Part shown: positions 53,140-64,000 of the stretch, piece by piece
Position numbering within the stretch: the stretch's first letter is position 1
How the letters are laid out: each line of letters starts with the position of its first letter
Assembly (NCBI GenBank): GCA_964016885.1
Contig: OZ024742.1
Location: forward strand, 159,278,001-159,342,000
Direction of reading: 5' to 3'
Length of the DNA stretch: 64,000 bases
DNA from: Eledone cirrhosa
Lineage: Eukaryota
The notes under the pieces: model-generated
Told to the model about the DNA's origin: nothing
Seen by the model: only the letters and a program-made list of their open reading frames with translations
Database searches by the model: none
Translations under genes and position numbers: made by a program

Positions 53140-55451
53140 TATTTAACTCTAGAAGAAATCCTCCTTCCAACAAAAATCTAGTGCAATTCGAGGAGGAGTT
53201 AACTAACATTATAAAAAATCTTAAATTCAAGAGAAACCCTTACAGAAGACAAGAGCACCTTGTAAATCTCAAGAATACGATTTTAAACCTTAATTCCTAA
53301 AAAAATGTTTTAGTCCACTCCGACAAAACAAATAATTTATATGGTATATCTAAGGAAAACTATAATAACCTTATCCTTAAAGAACTAAGGAAGAAATATC
53401 GCAAAACTAACCATGATAATTTAGATTCCATAAACTTTGAAGCTTCTGAGATTATGTCAAAACTTGGCATCGAAAAAAAGACCGAACCATTCCTCCCAAG
53501 AACTCCGAGGATAAATCTCAAGGATCACAAAAACAACTTTCATACGGAACTACCTGTTAGACTAATCGCCCCCTCTAAATCAGATTTGGGGGTTGTTAGC
53601 AAAGCCATCTTGGATAGAATTATCCCACAGGTTCGTTCTAATTGCTCTCCATCTGAAGTAATTGGCTGGTTCAACAACTTGAATAAGAAAAACAAACAAA
53701 AATTTATTCAATTTCATATTGCCAGCTACTATTCTTCTATTTCGCACTCACTTCTCAACAATGCTCTATCTTTCGCTTATAAATATTCAGACATCATCAC
53801 AGATGAACTTCACATCATTCTCACCGCACGTAAAACCATCTTAGAATTCAACAATGAATACTGGACTAGAGCTGGTACCTCCAACAACTTTGACATTACA
53901 ATGGGTGCATCCGATTCATCCCAATTGACTGATTTAATTGGTATCTTTATTTTGAACTCTTTGAATCGGAAAATTCCTCAACGTCGCGGTGGAATTTATC
54001 GGGACGATGGACTTTTTACTATCTTAAATTGCAACATATTTAACCTTAATATTATTAAGAACAATAAACGTGATCTCTTTAACCAACATAACTTAAAAAT
54101 TGAATTTGATAACAACGTCAAACTAGCTAACTTCTTGGATATATCTCTTAATCTTAACACTGGCCTATATTACCCTTACCATAAAAACAATGAGAATCTA
54201 AATTATGTTAATTTAAATCTAACCACCCCACTAACATTAAAAATGCTATAGTTAGTAATATTGGAAAAAGAATATGTAATAAAAATATCTTTGATGCTAA
54301 CGCCAATTACTATAATAACGCGCTTTCTAAAGCCGGTTATCCTGATAAAATCAAATACAGTAAAGAAACCAATCCTAGAAAATCTTACAGTAAAATAATT
54401 AATTATGATCATTCCAATAACTTTAATAAAAGACCTAGATACAAAAATATAATCTGGTATAATGCTCCTTTCTCCATCTCTATTAATAATAATTGTTTCT
54501 ACTTTTGGCACAAGGCCAGCAATCACCCAGTACATTACTGGTACTTTATTTTATCGACCCCGTGAGGATGAAAGGCAAAGTTAACCTCGACGGGATTTGA
54601 ACTCAGACCGTAATAATAATATTCCTAAATTATTCTTATGTGCCCTAAATAAAGGCTTCCCTCCCACACATATCTATAGTAAAATATTTAACAAACATAC
54701 TATAAAATTTTCCTATTCGATCTCCTCCAATATCTCCAACATTATCTCTAAACACAACAATAAAATATTAAATACTAAATCACTTCCTTCCAACACTGAA
54801 TGTCATAATAATAGCAGTAGTACTCCCGACGTCATTGTTAACTCTGGGCTAGTTTCTGCAAACCCAAATACGACGTCAAACGTAACTTCGTCAAATGTTC
54901 TTAATACCAATCTAAATCAGGAAACTATTATTCCTATCGTAAATAACTTCTCCAATCCAATTCATCCTATAGATAACACTAGGTCACTTGTTAATAACTC
55001 TGTTAATCTCTCTAATCGCAATTGTAATTGCCCTGTTAAAAATAAATGTCCTCTCAACAACCATTGTCTTGAAAAAAACTTAATCTATGAATGTAAAGTT
55101 ATAACTGACACCAATTCCTTTACCTATTTTGGCTCCACTTCCACCTTCTTTAAAGCCCGTCTTTATAATCATCATTCTTCTTTTAAATACTAACTTAAAA
55201 GAACCAGCACAGCACTCTCAGAACTCATATGGTCCTTGAAAGACAAAAATATTAACTATAACATCTCTTGGAGGAAAGTTTGTTCTGCCTCTTCCTACTA
55301 AAATGCCTCTCTATCCAAAACATGTAATCTTTGTTTATGTGAGAAATTTACCATTATATCTAATTTAGATTCTATAATAAATAGACGCACTGACTTATTT
55401 TCTCTCTGCTTGCATAAATTCCACAGAACATTCCATAAAGTATACAGCTAA
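53140..55451 (+). pseudogene. PLE reverse transcriptase plus GIY-YIG endonuclease, disrupted
   Basis: INLKDHKNNF...VRLIAPSKSDLG, FDITMGASD, GIYRDDGL, NFLDI; CNC..CPL..CL..LIY...YFGST..FKARLYNH; SINE inserted at 54490-54606. Confidence 0.92.
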
Positions 55452-56619
55452 TATCTAATACCTTACCAGTTTAAAATCCTTTTTCTCAAAGGTATATATA
55501 TATATTTCTTTAAAAATATACCCATCTTTCTACCTTATTTCAATGATATTTATTATACATTATATAACACTAGTTACTCATTCTTTATCTTTTCTATTTA
55601 TCAATTCCCTTTCTTCCTCTTTTCTTTTAATTTCTAACCTCTAATCTGTACTTTTTCTTCCTAAATACTTCTCAATTCTTATTATTACTCACCACAATAT
55701 ATCCACTCTTCCTTCTTCCTTCATATCATTGGCCATAAAACTTATTATTTCCTTTTAAATATTTTATAGTGTTACCTTTAAAAATCCTTCGTAAACATAA
55801 ACATTTTTTGACGTTGATTATTCCTCCTCAATTCATTATATTTATTTCTCCCTTTCATGCTCGTCTAACTTTTCCATATTACATATCACAATACATAAAA
55901 ACAAACTTAAACCCTAACTAATCTCCTTTATTACATTATATTATTACCATTAGGAAATACTTCATAAACATATATATTTTGTTGTTAGAGTCTTCTCTTC
56001 CTTAAACACTATTTTCTTCTTTGCTTTCTGCGCTCATTTGTAAACAAACTATTTACATATATTACGCATACATATTACATTACATAAAAACAAACTTAAA
56101 CACTAACTAATTCCTCTAAATTCATAATTCATCCACTCTTCTACTTCTTTTCACATTATATCCTTAATAACATTAATATTTTTATTTTAATAATACATAT
56201 TAACAATTTCTTTTCATCGCACGTATTATTAAACCCTTCAATATACAAACCTTAATTTAACATTATCTTTAATTTTTTTCTCTTCATTAATTTTTTTTTT
56301 CTTCTCTTCATCAATTTTCAAATTCTTTTAAATTATATATTATCTTCCAACGGCTTTTTAACCTCTCTCTGTGAAACAATATATTTTTCTCAGTAATAAA
56401 GGCTATCTCTCTCTCTTTCTATCACCCATCTCTCCTCGTATCTCATCCTTCCTTATTATACTCCCTCCCCACCATTCTTTACTCTCATCTCCTCCTCTTT
56501 TTCATCCCCCCCCCTCATTTTTTTCCCAATATCACACATCAATCTTAAATTACTTTTCATATGTTGATTTAAAACTGCACTATTCACAAGTGTTTTTTAA
56601 CCTTCATATCATGTCTCCC

Positions 56620-56684
56620 TATTTTATCTGACGAAAACGTCATCTCATGATGATACTTGTTTTTGAAATGCGCATAATAAAATA
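56620..56684 (+). ncRNA. Type I hammerhead ribozyme in the 3' pLTR, canonical core
   Basis: UAUUUUAU-CUGACGA-AAAC..GUCAUC/GAUGAU..GUUU-GAAA-UGCGCA-UA-AUAAAAUA (8-bp stem I, palindromic stem III). Confidence 0.82.
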
Positions 56685-56812
56685 CATGGAACTCTTTTAA
56701 CCATCTTTTGATCTTATATTATTTATACTCCAGTCCCACAAACTGTAGAGTGCTACTTATCCGATATCTGCATTGCTTTATTGTACTACAATAAAACTCA
56801 CCCCCCCCCCCC

Positions 56813-56910
<98 letters not shown>

Positions 56911-57414
56911 GAGAGGCATAACTAAATCAAGCTAAGCGTGTAAAAAAAGGAAATTAGTGTAGTGAATAGAAAATATGTTGATTGTGGATCAATAAGAAGA
57001 CGCAATCTCTCTATAGACACGACGCAATATCTCTATGGTTAGCGTCTCAGAAGTTGCACACTCGCACGCACACACACATGAACACATACACACTCACGCG
57101 TACAGAGATTGACAGAAAGAGGGAAAAAAAACATATTGCATTTTTCTATCACATCTCTCCTCAAACGATGGCTCATCATTTGCAGATTATTTTACAGACT
57201 TTCTTGATCATTCTTTCTTTCTGGTGGTGAGATTGCATGCTTCTCATACTTGTTTACCCTGGAAACTTATCGTATTTCTTCATATTTCTTCGTATTTTTC
57301 TGAAAGTGGAATCAGAGAAAAAAGGTTTCCCCTGAATATCTAACTGCCATTATTCAGTTTTATATCATATGACAGGCAGAATCTAACAATTCTGCCTGTC
57401 ATGTGATATAAAAC

Positions 57415-57900
57415 GCCCGGCTCTTTGCGTTCTGAGTTCAAATCTCACTGAAGTCAACTTTGCCTGCTATCCTTTCGAGGTCGATAAAAAAAAATACCAG
57501 TGTAGTATTGGGATTGATTCTTTCTCTGTATCTCGTTTCTTTTCTCTCACCCTCTAGCCTTCTCTGGAAGAAATCGGCTAAGTTCAAACCCGGAAAGGAG
57601 ATGTGATCCGCCAGGTTTTAAAATGTTTGTCACACTGGCGTCCCTACGACCCCCTCGGAAGTTACGGATTCATTTACGCATACATACATATCATATGGCA
57701 GAATGACTAGAGCGTCGGACAAATGCTTAGCACTATCTGTTCTGGATCTTTACGTTCTGAGTATAAATCCCGTTCTGAGGTCAACTTTGCTCTTCACCCT
57801 TCCGATTTTAAAAAAATGTAGTACCATCCAAATATTGGAGTCGATATAATCGACGTTCCCACCCCTTAAATTGCTGGCTTTGTACTAAAATTTGAAACCA
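57415..57900 (+). mobile_element. Two diverged tRNA-derived SINEs
   Basis: gagttcaaatc B box, tggcagaatg A-box-like motif, shared core. Confidence 0.7.
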
Positions 57901-58104
57901 TTTTATACCATCATACCGTTTAACCATGTTGTCATCTTCAGTCGATGGTCTCTTAGGTTCAATAAAACACAAGAAAACTTAAATGACACTTCACGTATTG
58001 CTTGTATTAAATTAGTTAATAGCCTACGTGGTGACTTCTATCTTGTTGCTAGACTTGTTAGAAATAACAGCCAAACTTTTCAAATCATACCCTACCACTG
58101 TATA

Positions 58105-58300
58105 AAATATAATTGTTTCTACTTTTGGCACAAGGCCAGCAATTACCCAGTGCATTACTGGTACTTTATTTTATCGACCCCGTAAGGATGAAAGGCAAAG
58201 TTAACCACGGCGGTATTTGAACTCAGAATGGCAAGGGCCGTAACTCTATACGTCAAAGCATGGCGTCCGAATCTCTACCGATACTGCCAATCCACAGCCC
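58105..58300 (-). mobile_element. tRNA-derived SINE
   Basis: Close match to 35380-35550. Confidence 0.8.
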
Positions 58301-58592
58301 TATATAAAATATAATGAAAACACATTGGATAAAGTAGTTGGAAAACGCATTCTATAAAGGTAAAGATGAGATGGTCACAGCTGGTATTCTATTGATAACG
58401 TATGGTTAGTACTAAATTTGGTACGATTCAACGAAGTGACCTTTAACTGGTTGCTTGATTTGTTAGAAATAGCAGCCAAAATCTCCTTCCAAACACACCA
58501 AAGACGAGATGGTCACAGCTAGTACGTTTTAGCTCATAGATTTGTACGATACGTACATCATGGATACATACACACACACACACATATATATA

Positions 58593-58692
58593 CAGGGTGC
58601 CCCCTTCCCCTCCAAATGTGTGTTGATTACCTGTACAGACAATATCTATTAGAATGCTGTTGAAGTGTGTATACATTTTTGGGGACACACTG
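58593..58692. mobile_element. Tc1/mariner-type MITE
   Basis: TA-CAGGGTGCCCCC...GGGGACACACTG-TA. Confidence 0.6.
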
Positions 58693-58712
58693 TATATATA
58701 TATATATATATA

Positions 58713-59120
58713 TAACAAAGAAATTGTGGTAAGGAACCAGATGGACCATAAAGCACCAGAGTACTCAATACTTAGGGTAGTAGAGTGGGAAATAGGAAAA
58801 AGTATGACCCCGACGGCAGAGCTCAAGCCGTTTCAATATGCTCTATGCATATCACTTTCAACGCTTAACCGCTCCACTCAATCCCCTATTGTTCTACAGG
58901 CAAGTTCAGCCACGCCTACCTCCCTCCAAATGCCATGATAGACTTATTTGTGTTTACAACAAATTTTAACCAATCCTCTTGACAACTACAATCTTCCCAT
59001 ATAAGGAAGTACTCCTTGACAAGTTCGGGTATTTATTCACCAGGTTAAAAATTCCACTTTAGTCCAGAAATAGTCGTCGAAACGGCTTGAGCTCTGCCGT
59101 CGGTGTCATACATTTTCCTA
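58713..59120. mobile_element. Inverted PLE pLTR pair (family of 2066-4738) with U3-A8 HHR at 59011-59106 (+)
   Basis: ACUCC-UUGACAA-G..CGGGUAUUU...AAAUAGUCG.C-GAAA-CGGC..GCCG-UC-GGUGU. Confidence 0.75.
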
Positions 59121-59140
59121 TATATATATATATATATATA

Positions 59141-59697
59141 ATACATTATAAAGAAATAAGAAACAATAGATATAATTAATAAGATATACCACACCCAAAT
59201 TCCTTATTAGTCCTCGACTAGGTAGTTTCGTGGCATATTATGCAAAAACACTACATCATCACAGTGATACAGTATTTTTGTGAGGTTTGCCGACTTATCA
59301 AGAGGATACCTCATTAAAAGTTTCAAAACACATTCGTAGGACGCGAAATAGAATACCGAAAGGCGGAGGGGGAGTCAATCACGTGATATAGCGGTCAAGA
59401 AACAGAGCTAAGCCTCTTACAAACAAGAAAAAATACCGCAAAAGGCGGCGGGGTATTTATATCAAAGCCATAGAAGAGATGGCTAGGATGGTGAGAAGTA
59501 TAAGTAATGATAGCTTTCCAGCAGTCACTACACTTCAATGGTTAGTCTACCATAGGGAGTTATAAACAATATAAAGAAATACACAGATACATGCGAACAT
59601 ATACATATACATGAATATATCCATATGTTTTGGCATAATATGCCACGAAACTACGTAGTCGAGGACTAATTAAGACATTTTTCTTTCTTTATAATGT
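59141..59697. mobile_element. Inverted PLE-type insertion, separate family
   Basis: Arms 59141-59245 and 59625-59697 share ttagtcctcgacta.gtagtttcgtggcatattatgc. Confidence 0.7.
59211..59306 (-). ncRNA. Type I hammerhead with U3-A8 core
   Basis: UCCUC-UUGAUAA-GU(C)GGCA...UGCCAC-GAAA-CUACCUAG-UC-GAGGA; the other arm has the perfect palindrome CUACGUAG. Confidence 0.78.
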
Positions 59698-62067
59698 ACT
59701 AGCAGTAAAGCCCGGCGTTGCTCGGGGTCGCTCAGTAGCTGTGTTAAAGTTACAATGTTAAGTTTCTTTCTTGGCTTAAAACTGTAGTGTCTACTGTGCA
59801 GACTTGCATGTGGTGTTTTTGATTAATATTCCCTCAACCAACAATATGCCTTATGAAGTTAAGAAAACATAACGATAACCCGAATGTTATAACAAAAGAG
59901 GATGCTGGGGATAGAAACTGCACTGGTTATTTATTAACAAAGATCGAAAATGTAAACACTGCAACGCAGAGAAAAACATTAGCGTAACCAAATTATCAGT
60001 TATGTCTGTCTGCACGCCTATATCACCTCTCTGCACGACTGTCTGTCTGCACGCCTATATCACCTCTCTGCACGACTGTCTGTCTGCACGCCTATATCAC
60101 CTCTCTGCACGACTGTCTGTCTGCACGCCTAACGACGAAATATTTGCTTGTTTTACGTAGTCTTTAAATAGACTTGTTTTCAAGTAAAAATATTGTTTTA
60201 AAATGCTTTTAAATGGAAATGAAGCAAAACGGAAGCTTAGTGTTCGAACTGATGAATTTTGCAGGTCAATATTTTGCTGGCTCGACAACTGTTAAAGCCA
60301 GCGTAATGTTTTACGTAAGACGCTCAATGTAAACAGAACAAAGGGAAATAACTGATAACTTACGCTCAAAAATCGATACATTATATTCGATTTCGTCACA
60401 TAAGGTGGGTCAATTTGAAATTTTTTTTTTCCGATGTCTTCGCTAGGGCTGAATGTACAAGTATAGCAATTTCGGTGCAATTCCGTGAGAGATTCTAAGA
60501 GGAGATGTGTGCCAAAAATCGATAGAGAGACAGACAACCACAGTTTTATATATATAGACTAGCAGTAAAGCCCGGCGTTGCTCGGGGTCGCTCAGTAGCT
60601 GTGTTAAAGTTACAATGTTAAGTTTCTTTTTTGGCCTAAAAACTGTAGTGTCTAATGTGCAGACTTGCATGTGGTGTTTTTGATTAATATTCCCTCAACC
60701 AACAATAAGCCTTATGAAGTTAAGAAAACATAACGATAACCCGAATGTTATAACAAAAGAGGATGCTGGGGATAGAAACTGCACTGGTTATTTATTAACA
60801 AAGATCGAAAATGTAAACACTGCAACGCAGAGAAAAACATTAGCGTAACCAAATTATCAGTTATGTCTGTCTGCACGCCTATATCACCTCTCTGCACGAC
60901 TGTCTGTCTGCACGCCTATATCACCTCTCTGCACGACTGTCTGTCTGCACGCCTATATCACCTCTCTGCACGACTGTCTGTCTGCACGCCTATATCACCT
61001 CTCTGCACGACTGTCTGTCTGCACGCGTATATCACCTCTCTGCACGACTGTCTGTTTGCACGCCTAACGAAATTTACAGATACATATATTTTAAATAAAC
61101 TTATATAATTTTTGCTTTTTTTTACGAAATATTTGCTTGTTTTACGTAGTCTTTAAATAGACTTGTTTTCAAGTAAAAATATTGTTTTAAAAGGCTTTTA
61201 AATGGAAATGAAGCAAAACGGAAGCTTAGTGTTCGAACTGATGAAGCTGTGTTAAAGTTACAATGTTAAGTTTCTTTCTTGGCTTAAAAACTGTAGTGTC
61301 TACTGTGCAGACTTGCATGTGGTGTTTTTGATTAATATTCCCTCAACCAACAATATGCCTTATGAAGTTAAGAAAACATAACGATAACCCGAATGTTATA
61401 ACAAAAGAGGATGCTGGGGATAGAAACTGCACTGGTTATTTATTAACAAAGATCGAAAATGTAAACATTGCAACGCAGAGAAAAATATTAGCGTAACCAA
61501 ATTATCAGTTATGTCTGTCTGCACGCCTATATCACCTCTCTGCACGACTGTCTGTCTGCACGCCTATATCACCTCTCTGCACGACTGTCTGTCTGCACGC
61601 CTATATCACCTCTCTGCACGACTGTCTGTCTGCACGCCTAACGACGAAATATTTGCTTGTTTTACGTAGTCTTTAAATAGACTTGTTTTCAAGTAAAAAT
61701 ATTGTTTTAAAATGCTTTTAAATGGAAATGAAGCAAAACGGAAGCTTAGTGTTCGAACTGATGAATTTTGCAGGTCAATATTTTGCTGGCTCGACAACTG
61801 TTCGTGTATTGTAATTTTTTACGTAAGATGCTCAATGTAAACAGAACAAAGGGAAATAACTGATCACTTACGCTCAAAAATCGATACATTATATTCGATT
61901 TCGTCACATAGGGTGGGTGAATTTGAAATTTTTTTTTTCCGATGTCTTCGCTAGGGCTCAATGTACAAGTATAGCAATTTCGGTGCAATTCCGTGAGAGA
62001 TTCTAAGAGGAGATGTGTGCCGAAAATCGATAGACAGACAGAAAACCACAGTTTTATATATATAGAT
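59698..62067 (+). mobile_element. Tandem array of three Helentron/HINE(DINE-1)-like non-autonomous units
   Basis: Units start ACTAGCAGTAAAGCCCGGCGTTGCTCGGG (59698, 60558) and end cagac..ccacagttttatatatataga. Each has an internal 37-bp minisatellite; the third unit is fused at ~61245. Confidence 0.7.
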
Positions 62068-62226
62068 TATATAGCTCTGATACTGAATCAATCTAATCCA
62101 TTCGGATTATTTTGTCCCAGTTATTCATAGAGCAACATCGGTGAGGTTGGCACCATAAATTCAGGGATATATGTGGATATATTCATGTATATGTATGTGT
62201 CCGCATGTATCTATGTATTTCTTTAT

Positions 62227-62308
<82 letters not shown>

Positions 62309-62329
62309 TATATGTATATATATAGAAAT

Positions 62330-62627
62330 TATAGAAATTACATGAATCAAAGTTCTGTTTAAACCATTTATTCGCTTACAATTGTTTCTTCCAAACCTCG
62401 GTTTGGAAGAAACAATTGTAAGCGAATAAATGGTTTAAACAGAACTTTGATTCATGTAATTTCTATATAACTGCTCTGTAGAACAACTGATGTTATTACA
62501 TTGAGCTATTTATCTTACTGGTAATAAGGTAGTAATAAATTACTGTCTTTCACTATTTAGGGTTTAAAATATATATAACTATAAAAGGTTTTAGTATATA
62601 CATAACCATAAATAGTATCCTTAATAC

Positions 62628-62630
<3 letters not shown>
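62330..62630 (+). mobile_element. Mini inverted PLE-type insertion (perfect ~68-bp hairpin plus tail)
   Basis: 62330-62398 and 62400-62467 are inverted; contains the HHR 3' half GAAA-CAATTG-TA followed by AATAAA. Confidence 0.7.
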
Positions 62631-62706
<76 letters not shown>

Positions 62707-63219
62707 ACCTGCTTGCCTGCATGCCTACCTACCTACATACTTTCCTATATACAAACTTACCTACCAACGTGCCTACATTCCTATCTACTTACCTGCCTAT
62801 CTACATACCTAATTGCATGCCTGCCTATCTATTGTGGGCGATTGTGGCCTGAAGTCCGCCTGGGTTTGTTTTGATTTTGGATTAGAGATTTATTTCTTGG
62901 TTATGAGTTTTAGGTTTCTGTTGATTAAACGTAATGTACTTGGTAGATGATTTGTTTGTCGTGGACGTTGTTTTATTGTGCCTGACTAATTGTATTTATT
63001 GTAGGGGGGGGGGGCTCTGATGGTTTGCTCTGATGGCTTTGACAATACTATATATATCTCTCCTCTAGTGCAATTGTCCCTAACATACATTCCCCCCCCC
63101 CCCCTTCGTCACCCCACAACTGAACTCTGGACCAGTTCTTTAACACAATTGAGATACACATATATATATATATACAGAAAAATACCTCTCCCTAAAAACA
63201 CTTTTGTTCTGTGAAAAGA

Positions 63220-63257
<38 letters not shown>

Positions 63258-63293
63258 TTACTAGTACTACTACTATTACTACTACTACTACTA

Positions 63294-63331
<38 letters not shown>

Positions 63332-63612
63332 ATATATATATATATAAGGTTCTTTTTCTTCCTCCCAACACGAAAAATGACAGACCTTCTTCAACACTTA
63401 ATTTTAAATTTTTAATTCTTTTAAAATTTAATATTTGATAAGAAATCGGTCATATTTTATCTATCTCTCTCTCTCTATATATATATATATGAATATAATG
63501 TATATATATATATATTTTAAAAGAATTGTTCTCATTTTTTCAATAATATCACTTTGACGGATCAAAGAAGAAAAAAAGAAAAACAGGTTCTTTAGATATA
63601 TTTCCGTTCCTA

Positions 63613-63687
<75 letters not shown>

Positions 63688-64000
63688 TCAGGTTTGAGGT
63701 TCACCACTGTATAGAGCTGGTCTATTCCGTATGGTCAATCGTAATGCAATAATATAGAGAGTACTCAACGTAAAGCAGTTCAAAATAGCGGTCGCCCTCG
63801 GGTTACCGATTTTCAGCCCCATGGATTTTATCTATTACATTCACGTATTATATTTCGAATACCTGTTGATATCACCGGATTCATACGGAACCCGGTCATT
63901 GAAATGATCATAGTATAATAAACCTTTCAAGGATTTACACAAATCCAGCCTCCTGTCATTTCTTTATAATATATATAACTTTGATAGGTTTCGGCCAGTA

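Larger units (their letters stand above)
52706..56719 (+). mobile_element. Nematis-like Penelope element with inverted 5' pseudo-LTR
   Basis: Near-identical inverted repeats 52706-53137 and 56290-56719 flank the RT and GIY-YIG coding remnants; (TA)n on the left. Confidence 0.92.

Noticed and set aside
53140-55451. Possible Naiad-type selenoprotein PLE
   Set aside because: The endonuclease is C-terminal and the disruptions seen are frameshifts and TAA/TAG stops, not TGA at cysteine positions.
57415-57460. B-box motifs as tRNA genes
   Set aside because: No cloverleaf; these are SINE heads.
60003-61635. 37-bp repeats resembling a CRISPR array
   Set aside because: Contiguous tandem repeats with no unique spacers, eukaryotic context, no cas genes.

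Overview
AT-rich eukaryotic, repeat-dominated DNA. The SINE families and dense (TA)n/(CA)n/(TATG)n tracts suggest a cephalopod (octopus-like) genome; this is an inference. Most ORFs in the supplied track are microsatellite read-throughs. The window holds: (i) a ~20 kb nested stack of non-LTR retrotransposons (two L1/Tx1-type and three R4/Dong-type with RLE endonuclease, joined through (TAA)n tracts); (ii) RTE fragments and a non-autonomous RTE-like family; (iii) many Penelope-like elements (PLEs) and short derivatives sitting in (TA)n as inverted or tandem repeats; (iv) tRNA-derived SINEs, a hAT MITE, a Tc1/mariner MITE and a tandem Helentron/HINE-like array; (v) one candidate compact 3-exon host gene. 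The most striking signal, found by hand-folding, is about 15 type I hammerhead-ribozyme (HHR) motifs from about 9 sequence families. Four unrelated families carry the non-canonical covariant core UUGAnAA (U3-A8 instead of C3-G8), which standard CUGAnGA searches would miss. Many short insertions are truncated and inverted precisely inside HHR stem II. All folds are manual and untested.
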